Of a DNA stretch of 64,000 bases, positions 1 through 12,707 are shown piece by piece. Location of the stretch: assembly GCA_013115125.1 (NCBI GenBank), contig JABANN010000061.1:1-64000 (forward strand), given 5' to 3'. How positions within the stretch are numbered: the stretch's first letter is position 1; the number at the start of each line of letters is the position of its first letter. The notes below the pieces were generated by a model. It saw nothing but the letters and a program-made list of their open reading frames with translations, searched no databases and was not told the origin of the DNA. This DNA comes from Perkinsus olseni (Eukaryota). The translations under genes and the position numbers were made by a program.

Positions 1-585
1 TCCGTACTCGTCCAGGTGACAGTGCACGAGTCGAAAAACCGGATATGCTAAGAATTTGTGGAGGGGTGTATTATGGTGTTCCGTAGTCTGCTTGAGGCCA
101 AGGCTACTATCAACGTGCGTGACCACTGCGATGCTACTCCGTTATCATACTACCAGCTCCAGTACCAACTACTATTGCCACACTTCGACCATGGTAAGTC
201 TGAGGCAGCCTCCTTCCTCACCCACCCCTCAGGCCTCCACTCCACTCTGTCTATCAAGCTCGGGGCAGACCCATCGCTGTTTGCAGAAGAGACCAGCATG
301 GTGCCCGCTGTGAGTGGCATCCACAGACCGTGGACAGCTGAGTCATCGGAACGGCCGCCTACAGCTGCAAGGCAGGAGAACCTCAGTCAGGCGGCTCGCT
401 GCTTGTTGCCTCCTCTCAGTGCTACCTCGTACTCAATCTTATCTTCGAGAGAAGTTGCAGGAGCTGCCATCAGTGGGTCGTCCGTGGGCCTCTCTCCAGT
501 ATTGCATCCGCATCATGCCAGGCACCCGACCGAGCACTCCCGGTTACGTCCCAGGAATGAAGAGTTTGTTGTGACTACCGCATAG
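1..585 (+). CDS. 3' part of a gene with an ankyrin-repeat-like segment (5' end outside window)
   Basis: SLLEAKATINVRDHCDATPL resembles the ankyrin consensus LLxxGAdvNxxDxxGxTPL; AG acceptor at ~86; ORF closes at 585. Confidence 0.45.
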
Positions 586-909
586 TCTATGACGTTGTTG
601 TCCGAATAATAAGAGCAGTGTTCACTTCCGCAGTTACGGTGGCTGTTTACGCTCGCGGCTAATGGGTAACAACGCCACAACGAGAAATCACTACGAACAC
701 TACTTGAAGGAATTCACAATGAAACACACAAAATTGGAATTATGACACTTTAGAAATTCGCACAGCTGCATCATGATGATGTAAGCAGCAGTGTCTTCGT
801 CAACCTGTATTATTTGGCTATTCCAAAAATACTCAAAGAGGAGATCATACGATGATAAAGGGATGGTAGCCTCGAGGCCAATGAGGCCGATGGCTAATTG
901 CTGACAGAG

Positions 910-2395
910 TCAATCATAGGACGGCACCTTCCTGCAGGACCCCAATGGGCTACTGGAGTACCGACTAGAGGAGACAGTCGTAGAGGCCGAAGCGTCACAC
1001 GCCATGTCTACTAGCGCTCGAACAGTACGGCGCCTCGACTTCATTCGTTCTCCCACTCTGTCGTATAAGTGTTCAAGTTGGTGTCTGTTACGGGAATCAT
1101 GACCATCAAGAAGGCCGGGTAGTTGTTGAGCATAGAAGTCCACGAAGGTACCATTCACATCATTGTCACAGTAAAGTCGTTCGGCTTCCATCCGAGGGCC
1201 ACTAGGAGCATCACCAGCGTCAAGCTCCGCCAAGAGTACCATCACCTCACATCCAGTAAGGGTGTCAATGGACGTGAACAGGTCAGTCTCGGGATGGACC
1301 TGCTCTGCTATCCAACCGGGAGTACTGGAAGAGTTTAGCCGTGCTGGTGGATGCTCGACAAGGAGGCCACGAATGAACTCCGAGAGGATCGCACCACCAC
1401 CGGGGCATTCGAAAACTTCCGGGCGGCACGTGGCCACTGCATTAGCAAGCTTCAGGGCTCGTATACGACTATGCTGACGTGAAGGTCTGCCTTTCAAAGG
1501 CTCGAATATAATCTCGCGAATGACGGGGTCCACGTAGCACTTAGTGAAGAGCAGGGCGATGATCCTGAAGGAAGGAAAATCAGAGACGCGGCACCACGGG
1601 GACCCCGAGAACCCACCCTATGCTCCACATATCCGTCTTCGATCCGCATGCGTTTACATAAACCTCGGGGGCTACATAGGGATGAGTACCGCATATGCGA
1701 CCCTGAGTGTTTGCAAAGCCGAAGTCAATGAGCTTGAGCACACCATTCTTGGCAAATATAAAATGCTCCAATTTGAGATCCCGATGGACAACCCCTGCCC
1801 GATGAATGTGTTGAACTGCTCGCCAGACTTGTGCTATTATACCCGCCGCCTGCTCAGCCGTGACCGTCTTCCGTCGTCGCTGCAACCAGGCGTGGAGATC
1901 TCCCTCGCCCTCAATAAGCTCCAGCACCAACCATACAGTGACGTCGTTCTCGTAGACTTCATACAGCCGGCAAACGTTGGGATGAGGTTCGATCCGGAGC
2001 ATAGCAGCGGCCTCGGAAAAGACCAAGTCGGAAGCGTCCTTGTCAGCCATCGACTTCTTGTCGATCCGTTTGGCCGCAAACCTCTCTCCGGTAGCCTTGC
2101 GTTTGGCAACGAAGACGGAGCCGGAGAAGCCCCTCCCGAGCGGCTCTCCAAGCTCGAAGTCGGCCGTGATGTTGCGGCCCCTGTAGACGCGAGGATCATT
2201 GTGCCGGCAACCACCACCACCAAAGATAGACTCAGGAACGGTCGACTCTTTAGAATGGCTACGGAGCCTGCGCGGGCAGATCCGAGGTCGACCAGGGCGC
2301 TTAGCAGGCTGTCGGCTTCTGTCAGGCTTGTCGGATTTGAAGGTCATCAGATTGAAGAGGCCGGAAAGACAATGGCATGACCCCGAGGGCGGCAT
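910..2395 (-). CDS. Ser/Thr protein kinase, CAMK-group-like (2 exons, intron ~1565-1616)
   Basis: GRGFSG loop, FAAK, HPNVCRLYEVYE, HRDLKLEH, DFG, CGTHPYVAPE, DMWSIG; after splicing the C-lobe continues IIALLF...FIRGLLVEHPPARL. Confidence 0.9.
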
Positions 2396-2630
2396 TGTAA
2401 AAATAAACCCTACGAAGGAAACAGTACCGCACCTACGATAACACTGATACGAGAGGCTACTGCTGGTCAGATTGAAGGGACACTTAACACAAAGGCCTTC
2501 GATAGGACATCAACTGCACATGAACAAACGACTACCATGATCACCATCAACCCCACGTCAATAATCCTTCCATTTCTTGTTCATGCCAGGAAAAGACATG
2601 TTAATGAACAGTACCCTCATGACGAGATAG

Positions 2631-4568
2631 TTAGGCGTCGTCAGAACTACCCCGAATGAGGGCGTAGATAACATAAGCACCGTAAATAGCCAGCAGAGAG
2701 GCGCCCATCTGTTTGTTGAGCATCCACTTGTTAAGCTTAACAGTGCCAAGAAATAGGAGAAGAACTACTGATAAAATTAATATGTACTGCGGTAAGGTAT
2801 CCTTAGCGTTGTGGAAGAGGATATCCTTACCCATCGCCAATTTCAACGTCCACGGCACCCCTAGGCCGAGCATGATATCAAAGACGTTGGATCCAATAGC
2901 GTTGGACACAGCCATGTCGCCCTCGCCCTGTCTGGCTACCGCGATCGATCCCAATGCATCGGGTACACTGGTGCCGGCGGCGAGGAAGATGAGCCCCATG
3001 ACCAGGGCTGGGAGATCCAACAGGCAACCCATTCTGTTGCATGCATCAACCATGAGATACGTCAAAGCTCCTATCCAGAGAATTGATAGGCCGAATAGGA
3101 TCCAGTAATGAGAGGGACCAGGCATGGTGTACTCCCAGAGTATAAGTAGAGGGTCTCGAACCCACTTCCTCCACCCTTTAAGCTCCTCCTCCTCGTCATC
3201 ATTTTCGGCTTTTCCCGACGTGTCACCACCCTCACCAGAGACGATCGGGAGATTTCCCGCAGAGGCCTGCTTGGATGGGGCATAGAGTTGGTGGAGGTGA
3301 AAGTCCATCGAAGTTCGACTCTTCGCATGGAACTTGTTGACCCCGTAGTGGTAGGACACCCGTCGGGAGCCGGGATGGTTGACAGACCCACAGTGGGACT
3401 GCCTTCTCTGGCTGCCGTTGCTGTCCACGGAGTTCTGCCTAGACCGCTGTCCGCCCTCCTCAGTCGCCAGATTCGGCAGCTCAGCGAGTGGTGGGGAGTC
3501 GGGGCCACCCGTACCACCATCGGCTGGAACAGCTTCAGCCGACTCCTTAGCTCCATCATCAACCCGCTCCTGGTCACCAGCACATTCACCGGCGTCGAAC
3601 GCCGTCACTTGACCATCAGCACCTCTTGCCCCGACCTTGGCGGCGATGGTCTCGTTAAACTTCATGAAAATACAGTAGACGACGTAGGAGACTACCATGA
3701 GAACGGCCTCCCAGAGGACCACTTCTTCGTCCCAGAGTACGAGTGACATCTCCAGGATGGCTACAATGTAGAATAGAGTGTCCCGCGTTAGAGGGTACCA
3801 GCATATCTTCAGAGTCTGTCCGGCGAATAGACAGGTCGCCCCGATGATGACGAGGATGTTGAAGATGGCAGATCCGATAATCGTGCCAACGCCGCCCTCA
3901 TTGACGATGAGAAAGGTGGCAACAATGGAGGTGAACAGCTCAGGCGCAGAGGAGCCTGCAGCCATGAAGGTCGCACCGGCCACATCAGGCGAGAGGTCGA
4001 GGGCCTCCGAGATGGCCTCCAGGGCGATGACGAAGTAGTCATCACACATGGAGCCGAGGGCCTTGAAGGCGTAGAGCATGAGGATGAGGGACACGATGAG
4101 GTCGAGTGGTGCTACCAGGACCGAGGTGCCGGGGGAATCCGTGTCGCAGTCCATGATACTGGTGCAAGAACAGTCACCGAAGATCGCGGCTAGAATAGAG
4201 GCCTCGTCTTCGACACCGCTAAGCCGTCTGACGACCACACCAGAGGAGGAGTAGTCGTCGAAGATCGGCGGCTCCGCTATAACGAGGGGAGCTCCTACCA
4301 GGACGAAAGTCGAGGAGAGAGCCGTGGCGAATCTGAAGGCGGGCGATGGGATATGATGGCACGCGGGTGACTTACCGAAGCATGCTGCGAAGGTAGTGAT
4401 AGTGCTCAGATGGCAAAGTCGAAGGACACCAAAGAACACTGAAAGGTGACAGTCGTAGACGGCAAGCCTCGACTAACAATCGATACTGAAGTTGAAATGG
4501 CTGCACCGGTAAGCCTGTCTGAAGCCTAGCAAACAGATAAGGATGAAAATCTCAGACGAGCGGACCAT
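2631..4568 (-). CDS. K+-dependent Na+/Ca2+ exchanger (NCKX/SLC24 family)
   Basis: alpha-1 repeat DVAGATFMAAGSSAPELF...GTIIGSAIFN and alpha-2 repeat LAAGTSVPD...MAVSNAIGSNVFD; two TM bundles; short 5' exons with introns near 4439-4478 and 4333-4375. Confidence 0.93.
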
Positions 4569-4973
4569 CTCCGCACAGTGGACTGAAAGTCCTGCACGGA
4601 TGATTTACGAGGAATGGTAGTGAATGCTTACGAAGTGACAACTAGCTAGCTAGAGCTCTGATTCAATAGGCGTAGAGCGTCTAACAGAAGGGCAAAGCAG
4701 ATCGGCGCAAGATCCCACCGAGGGACTTCGAGATGTTGAGCGCCTAGGCTCGCCGGACACGAGTCTTCCGAGGAGATTGTGAAACTCGCCTGGAGCTATA
4801 GTGGCGACTATAGTGAGGATGCTGGAATTGGCAGGCAGTAACGGCGATAGGCGGGCAACTCAGTTCCATGGAAAAGAGACAAACTTGAAGGGATTTGGGC
4901 ACTGAGGAAATTCAAGATACGGCAAGAATGTCAAGATTGGAATTTTCCAAGAGCCCTTATATAACTTTTACCA

Positions 4974-6516
4974 ATGACCATTACTTCTCTTACCAGGCTG
5001 AATGAGGCTGTCTTGAAGACCTCATCGTTCCGTATACTACAAACCGTCCACCGACGGTTCACTTCACAACCCGAAGGACCCCCAAGGGAGGTCCCGAAGT
5101 TGACTATAACTCCTCTGGAGATTGCTGGCCTACCTGGTAGGGTCTGCTCAACAGACTGTGAGAGCTCCTCAGTCTTCCCTGCGGTACAGTTCTGAAGTTC
5201 AAGGGTCGAGTGATGATAATTGACACTCCTGAGGAGGACGCCCAAGCTGCAGTGGCCTTCGAAAAGGAGACTCTCCTTGGCTTCGATAGCGAGACCAAGC
5301 CGAGCCTCGTGCCCGGGGTCACCAACAAGACGGCTATAATACAAGTTGAGTACCATCACATGGTGTTGTTGTAGCGGTTCGTCAGTCAGATCGCCTCCGC
5401 TGCTGTTTGCGGTGTGTGGAGGGTTCGGCAGCTGGACGCCCTGCCGCCTACCTTGACCAAGTTACTGGCGGACCCCACCATCACGAAGGCCAGCCAGGGG
5501 GCTACCTCCGAGGTCGCCACGGTCTATCGGGAGTTCTCGGGTAGAGGGTACTCCCTTGTACAGGTTGTGTTGGATATTTGGTACAGGTATCAAGTGCCAG
5601 GGCTTTGTTGACCTCCATCTGCTGGCCATGGGGCTGCGGTGTAACCCTCGGAGCCTGCAGGGCCTCTGCGCACTCTTCCTGCACAAAAGACTGCTGAAGG
5701 CCGAGAGGATATCCAACTGGGAGCAGGTTAGGGCGGCGGCCTTGTTGCACGCGGGTTTGCGGCACTCTGAGGTGGTCAGATACCGCTCAGTCCGAGTCAA
5801 CTAGAGTACGCTGCTACCGACGCCTGGGTGTCGCGGCAAGTCTTGAAGGCCATGCGGGCTGCCTTCTGCGTGGAAAAGTACTGTGGCTAGGGAGGGGTGA
5901 GTGGGCCCAGGTGCTGATTATTAGGCTGAGCTTTGAGCGGCCCATAAACCCCGATGATCTTGGACTGGTCCCCAGGACCCCAGCCTCGATCAACCAACCC
6001 CTGCGAGTAGGGCTGGAATTATCCCTTCCTTGGACACCTGCTTCTCCGGCCTAGATACCCTTCAAGAATAGCCCTTATGTCGGCTCTCAGGCAGCGGCTA
6101 CCTCGTCCACATCTCCCTCCAAGGCCGGCGTGAAGGCCCTAGCTACCCTCTGCGTGGAGCGGGCATACGTCCTCACAGTAGAGTCCTTCGAACCTGCGAT
6201 GGGTGAGCACTTCCCCAGTGCTTCTCAGCTCCCTCATTACCATGCTCAGGTGGTTTCCGATGCTCCCTGAAGGTTAACCTCAGGCACGAGGGCCGACCGC
6301 ACGTCCTGCAGTGTCGGTCCGCGGAGGTGCTGCCCTCAACCCTGGTCCACTCAGCCGTAGTACGATACTCGTCAGGTGCACACCTCGATAAGGGCGGCTC
6401 AGGATGACGCCGCGGACGTGATGTTGGCCGCCATAGGGCAACTCACTGGAGAGGTCTCTGAGGGGCAGACTGCCGCGACCGCCTCTGCTGGTACTTCTGC
6501 CAGTCGTGTGACATGA
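4974..6516 (+). CDS. DEDDy 3'-5' exonuclease (WRN-exo/EXD-like) with C-terminal dsRBD-like domain; multi-exon
   Basis: Spliced: LLGFDSETKP (ExoI), FVDLHLLA...SLQGLCALFLHKRLLKAERISNWE, QLEYAATDAW (ExoIII); tail ALATLCVER...GGFRCSLKV...SIRAAQDDAADVMLAAI; TGA 6514-6516. Confidence 0.85.
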
Positions 6517-6606
6517 GTGTTTCTGGAGCGTAGAGCCCTTGAGTGGAGTAAAGCAATACGAATGGTGGCGTGGCGGGTTGGCAGTGGTCGGGTAGTACCC
6601 ATCTGT

Positions 6607-7969
6607 ATGGAAGAACCAGCGGCAGCTTCCCCATCGTCGTCATTGTTATTGCGGATTCTGGGGGCATTGGCTGCCTATCAGAACAGACTGTCGGAGGAGC
6701 TAGCCAAAGTGGAGCTGGAGTAGTAGAGAGGAGGGCGGGTTGCCGGTACGCTTGTGGCAGGTACGAAAGGGACCCTCCCAGGGCCATATGTACGGCTACT
6801 AGGATAAGTCTCCAGCAACGTCGGGTTGCTAATCGTATGAGACTCATCGGCAACCGTTACATCGCTAGCCTGGCAGCCCTCGAGCGGACCTTCCCGCCCC
6901 CTGTGGTGCCTGCCTGTAGGCTTGCTGCTCGTACCAATCCCTTTTGAGACTGTCCTGTTAGTTACTCAGCAGCCGACATCGCCCGCTCGAGGAGTTGGGG
7001 CGACGTCATTGCCCCTTACTATGCAATTGCCATTGGGGGCCGAGGAACAGTCAAGGCCGAGTCGTTCCTCGTCGTCGGAAGGTGACATGGGTGTAGGGCC
7101 ATCGTAGGTTCACTTGGTGTCAGGCATGTTGTGTGGTACTCCGTCCCCCTCGAGGTCAGTAGAGTCCTCCACCGCCTCCTCGGCCTCCTCGGAAATGGTA
7201 GTAGCTCAGGGGAGCATCCATAGGGAGCGCATTCTTTCAGTCTCTTCAACAGCATACTCCTGAGCAGCTCCGATTCACCTCTCCAGTGGCCGTCACTCGG
7301 CAGTCTACGCCCAGCTCTGGCAGCTCTCGAAAGTCTTCCCATAAGAAGTGTGAAGTCCCAGAGTGCACGAGGCTAGCTCGGGGAGTGGGTCCCCAAGCAC
7401 GAAGATGCGCCTCTCACGGTGGCGGCCGGCGATGCTTTTGCGGCCGAGTAGCTCGAGGGTCCTCCAGCTACTGTGGGACTCACGGCGGTGGACGAAGATG
7501 CCAACAGGAGGGCTGCGCCAGTGGGGCTGCGGGAGCCAGCAATTTCTGTGTCACGCACGGCGGTGGCAGACGGTGTAGCGTGGCCGAGTGTCCGAAGGCT
7601 TCCTGTGCCAAGTCCGACAGATGCTTCGAACACGGTGGTGGTCGACGGTGCTCTTATGAAGGATGTAGTAGAGGAGCGGTAGGCTTGACAGAGTACTGTA
7701 TCAGGCATGGTGGTGGCAAGAGGTGCGGGTTCGAGGGGTGCACTAAAGGGGCGGTCAGTGGCGGCTTCTGTGTGCGGCATGGGAACCAGGTCAATGGGAC
7801 TCCGAGTCGAGGGCTTCAGGGTACTCCTGATGCTGATACTCCGCCGGGCTCCGCAGTAATCTCTCCGGCCACTTCTCTTGGATCCAGTTATGGCGAGGTG
7901 ATGGCTAGTGGGTCTCTCGAGTGGACGGGAAGTTCTCAAGTTGCGGTACTACCAAGGAACGGGATGTGA
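6607..7969 (+). CDS. Protein with ~6 tandem C-x4-C-x(10-14)-C-x2-H-GGG zinc-finger repeats (WRKY19-like C3H repeat family)
   Basis: Repeats such as RRCQQEGCASGAAGASNFCVTHGGG and KRCGFEGCTKGAVSGGFCVRHG at ~7345-7790; linkage to 5' exons (MEEPAAAS...) inferred from splice sites. Confidence 0.75.
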
Positions 7970-8112
7970 TATTTTTTGATGTGCGTATTACGACAGTAGT
8001 GACAATATAGCACGGACATGGGGGCCATGTTTCCAGTCTCCGATGATGTTGTGTCGGGCTGAGTACAGCGTAGGGAGATCACAGACTGCCATCTCAGTGG
8101 TCAAGGACTAGT

Positions 8113-11100
8113 ATGACGCACGCCGCTATCGATGCTGACTCGGAGCAGTGGTGCCAGGACTTGGCATTCTCAGCAACAGCGGTCGTAGTGGCAACTGAGC
8201 AGGCCAAGGAGGTTGTCTGGCAGGCCCACAGGATGACCATTCCTCGTAAGCCATCCACCGGCGCCCTGCTGCACTGAGCCTTGCTTCAGAGCTCCTGCAG
8301 CCCTTCGGGGGCTACTACACGCCCCTGACGGTACAGGCCCGCACCAACGGCAGACCGCGGCAAGTGGAAGTACTGGGGGGATGGTCACCGAGGCCCCTTC
8401 GTCATATCGACTCTCAGGGTTTTCGGATTCGGTTTGTGGCAACGGAGGAGGCCAGTCAAGTACCGGAGTCGATCGCACAGGACCAATCAGCGAAGGCTTT
8501 TGCCGCCTGCGTGCCTCAGGATGGTACCATTCTTTCCTCGACTCTCCGGGATGTTACGCCCTGGTGTCAGGCCAGTCCCTTGAGGGGACCTCCCCGCCAT
8601 GGTTCGATGCATGGCTGTCCTCAGAGGTCACATCCCTAGCATTTAGTGACCATGAGTGAGCGCTTCCCTGAGAAGAAGGCCTGCCTACCGGCATGTTCTC
8701 TGTAGATGCATTTCCCAGCCACTGGCCACCGTGCTGGTGGCGTCCACTAGCGTGTTGGAGCAGCCTGCCATGGCGGACAGCGGCGAGGCTGCGGATCCGA
8801 TACAGTCCTTCGAGCAGCTCATGCATGAGTCGAACATGCCTCCCCTCGCCAGGCGGGGTGTCCTCGACCCAGATGCCGCTCGGATGAAGGTGGGTAGGGT
8901 GACTGAGGGGTCATGGCCCTCACCGGTGTCTTAGGTGCTCATCCACGACCCTTCGAAGGCCCCTCCTGGACTCGACTTGGACGCCTTGCTCAGTCTGATG
9001 CAGAACACCTATTCTCCGCAGAGCTGTTTTATTCTAGTCGTAGGGGAAGGGTCGGAGCCTCCCGTCCCTGATATACGGGCCCTCTTCCGGTAGGCGGTGG
9101 TAGTGGGTGTTGCCTGGACACTGGGTCGGACTCTCAGGCGAAGCCCCTTTCCTCCTGTCCTAGATGAGTATGCCGCCACAGGCGTGCAGTGGAGCGAGAT
9201 TGATGACTTGCAACGGCTTGGTGAGCTCGCCCTTTGTTCGCTTGTCTTCGATACCTGGGCAAGAGCCCCTTGAGAGATGTCCTCTTAGGTACGGCTATAG
9301 TGACTGAGTGTGCGGTACCCTGGGCGGAGAGGAAACTGGCAGAGTTGGACGAGACCATCTCGCTCAAGCGTAAAGGCTTCCGTAACGCCTTCAGTCGGTT
9401 CCTGCGGAAACCCAACCTCCCTGGCACGGAGGTCATCAATGGCCCCATCGGCAGTAGCCAGGGTGAGCTCTCCACGACTCTTCGGTGAGCATCAGGGCGT
9501 CTTCCGCAGACCCCCATGGTACTCGGACGGCTCCTGAGGGATATACGCTATCCAGCTTGGAGTGGCAAATCCGTCTGGCCGGCGACCTCGCCTTCCACCT
9601 TAGAGACTATCCTCAGGCATTGGCCTACTACCGACAGGTACAGTGGCCTGCAGGTCCCAGCTGGAGGGTACCTGGTCTGATGTAGGTAACGCCGGACTTC
9701 AAGCAGGACCACCAATGGGGTGTGGCCGCTGGTGCCTACGAGATTTCCGCGGTGGCGGCCTGGCTGTCGCACATCTCCAGCGGCGGTGAGAGCGTGGCCG
9801 TCTCTGAGGTCTCTCGCTACATGGACAACGCAGTGGAGCTGTACAGGAAGGCTGGTCCACGCTTCTATCGGCACGCCATGCGGTGAGTCTTCGTCGGTCT
9901 TCGGGTTGGCTTATTACTCGTGATGCATCAGGGCTGCTTTAATACAGTCGGCGATCTTACGAGGACGTGTTGAGAGCCCCCAAAGGCTCCTCAAGGCCAA
10001 CGGTGACATCCCTGATGCTGGTCTGAGGTGTGCCCTCATCCTGGAGAGGGCCGCTAGGCTGCAGCGGGATGCCGGTCAGGTAGGAATGGACCCTCCCTAG
10101 TCCGCGTCTGTGATTATAATACTTCTGGCAGTTACGTAAGATGTGCTTCCACCTGGTCCTGGCTGGGCATACTTTTAATAAGGCCGGCTACAAGCAATGG
10201 GCTTTGGCGTACGGTCTTCGTAGACGGTCAGGGTGACGTACTCTCTGCAGGTGCTACAAGGCGGTCGTACCGGAGTATGCCGGCAAGGGTTGGACGCACA
10301 TCACCGACCATCTCCTTTTCACCATGGCCAAGCAGACCTTCGCCCTTGGTGACACCACCAAGAGCATCGCTTACTTCACGGATCTCTTCAACTCCATCAC
10401 TCTCCAGAAGGACGCTCGGTCGACCATCTCCGTGGCGAAGCAGCACAACTACCTCAAGGGCTTCCTCTACGTCTTGCGTAGTCGCTACGGTAAGGAGCTG
10501 CTGGACGTGCCCCCGGAAGAGCGAGTAGACGTTATCTTGCCCAAGGTGAGCACTGGTGGTATGCGCACTTGTTGCAAGGTCGGGCTTCAGGTGAGTATCG
10601 GCGATGTCAGTACTACCGTAGGGCAGCCCCTCCACAGGGCCGGGTCCGATGGGACGGAGGAGGCGGCAGGAGGTCGGAGCGACTCTGTGACCTTCACCAA
10701 CCATCCGATAGAGACAGAGGTGGAGAGCTGGGGGTCCATCTGTGGCCTTAGTCCCGATACGGACAGGGCCCCTGCTGATGACTCTGGGGTTATCCTCGTC
10801 AGCCAACGGGTTTATGCGACCCTGGTCGTCACGAACCCACTGCAGATCCCCATCGACATTACGAATATACGGCTGGACTTCGAGGACCCCACCTTGGTCG
10901 ACTCCCCACTGGGGGAGCCAATCCATCTGGAGGGGGACCAGATGGCTACTGTGAGGGTGGATATAATCCCTAGGGTGGTAGGGAAGATCGTGGTGACTGG
11001 GGCTCAGTGGGTGCTAGATCACACTGCCCCTTGCTGCTGGACGTGCCCTAAGGAGCAACGAGTGTCGGTCACTGCCGTGGACAGCATGCCCCTCATCCGA

Positions 11101-12033
11101 GCGGCCTTCCCTAGTTTACGAGGGGACGCAGGGAAGCTGCTGGTGGGCGAACTAAGGCGTCCATCAATCACTCTCACCAACGCTGGTACTGAGACTATCG
11201 ACAAGGTGGAGTGGTTCTACTCGCATAAGGACAGGGCCATAGCCATCACCGCCCAGGGAAGGGAGGACTCTTCCCGTCCCTTGGAGGTTGGTGCCTCAGT
11301 AGAGGTCCCCTTCACTATTCGCGGTCACCACGTTGGTCATCATAGAGTTCGCGTAGCTGCTCGAGGGGTTGGTGTCAGTGGCAGAATTACCTGGACATGC
11401 CTGGAGAGGGACGTCTTCGTCCATCCTGGGGTACAACTCAAGCTGGCTGGCGTCGGCTCCCCCAAGGCCGGCCCTCGCCGGGCAGTTCTGGTACCGATAC
11501 GGTGCCTGGTCACGAACCTCTCTCCGACGTATACTATCCTGCTGGACAGGAATGGCCCTCTGGACGTGTACCCTTCCTCCGCTCTAGGAGCACTGCAGGT
11601 CGAAGAGGCCCTGCCCCTACCCGAGGGAGAGGGGACGCTCGGCCCTGGCAGGAGCCTCCAGATGATCTACTGGGTTACCATTGGCGGTGAGTATTCCTCT
11701 GCGGCCTCTGAAGGAGGGGATTTCCTCCTCAACGAAGCTAAGACGGCCCAGGACATGTCCACCAACAGGAGGACCAAAACCCTGGGTGATCTAGGCCTGC
11801 CGATCCAGGCCACCGCCAAGAAGGGCGCCTCCAAGGCGGCTTCTGAGCATTACCACATCGTTCTCAATTGGAGACTTGACAACGCGGAAGACCGCTGTGG
11901 GCAGTCGTTCTGTCCCCATGTAACTCTACTACATGCAGGACGACCGAAAAAGACGGAATGTGAACAGCCCTCGTCACCACGAAAGTCGCCATTGGACAGC
12001 AACACCCTCAAGGCCTTGACGGGTCTTGTGTAA
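8113..12033 (+). CDS. TRAPPC8: TRAPP III subunit Trs85/TRAPPC8 homologue; multi-exon
   Basis: N-term ...MTIPQLLQPFG; RKGFRNAFSRFLRKP; SLEWQIRLAGDLAFHLRDY; RKMCFHLVLAGHTFNKAG...GWTHITDHLLF; Ig-like VTNPLQIPI region. Confidence 0.85.
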
Positions 12034-12099
12034 CAGTTTTGGTATTTTTTATCATAGTTGTGTACTGTTTCTCATCCTCTGGGTAGCGTTGAGTTTCAC

Positions 12100-12430
12100 A
12101 GTTAGTCCTTTCCTGTGAAACACCCCTTCGACCAGGCAGGTGACAGCCCCAGTTTAAGGGGATAGTTGCGCGCTCAGTCGCTGCCTACACCCTGGTAGTA
12201 CGATACAGTATGTTAAACCACCGAGAGTGCGATAGGTAGGAGGGTCCCCAGAGACTTCCCGGCTGCCAGCCGAAGAATGCTGTACCCCCTGATGTCCCTA
12301 GCGGACAGTTAGTACCAAACTCCTCTCACTTTCATATCACAACGCTTGGTGATATGCCAACCAGCGTTGGCACTCGAGCCCATCGTAAGGCCAGCCTGCT
12401 GGCTTGAGTACGAACGATGTTTACTAATGG
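12100..12430 (-). CDS. Possible small spliced protein with mitochondrial-presequence-like N-terminus
   Basis: ATG at ~12430 gives MLPLVNIVRTQASRLALRWARVPTL; branch/acceptor tactaac...ctag at ~12299-12313; exon phasing unresolved. Confidence 0.3.
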
Positions 12431-12707
12431 TAACATCGACTGATAGTAAAAACCATAGTAAATTGCTATGGAGGAGGGGAATATCTATCGCATATGCGAG
12501 AGCTTCATGGGAGAACTGCATTGCGCCTGCAAGCCCTCGACCGTTGACAAGTCGTCGACTCAAACGCGAGTGCGTGGGTGGGGGACTAACACAGTCATTG
12601 ATCAAAATCAAAAATGCTCAACTTGCCGGAGTATTCCAATAGAGCGGAAATCGTTGAATAATCGTGATCGTCAGGGGTTGCGTCGCGGGGCTTCCTAGCC
12701 CAGCATA

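Noticed and set aside
1544-2380. 278-aa + strand ORF
   Set aside because: Antisense shadow of the kinase CDS; no recognisable features
7340-7790. CRISPR-like or DNA repeat array (recurring cacggcggtgg)
   Set aside because: Repeats are the HGGG codons of zinc-finger protein repeats
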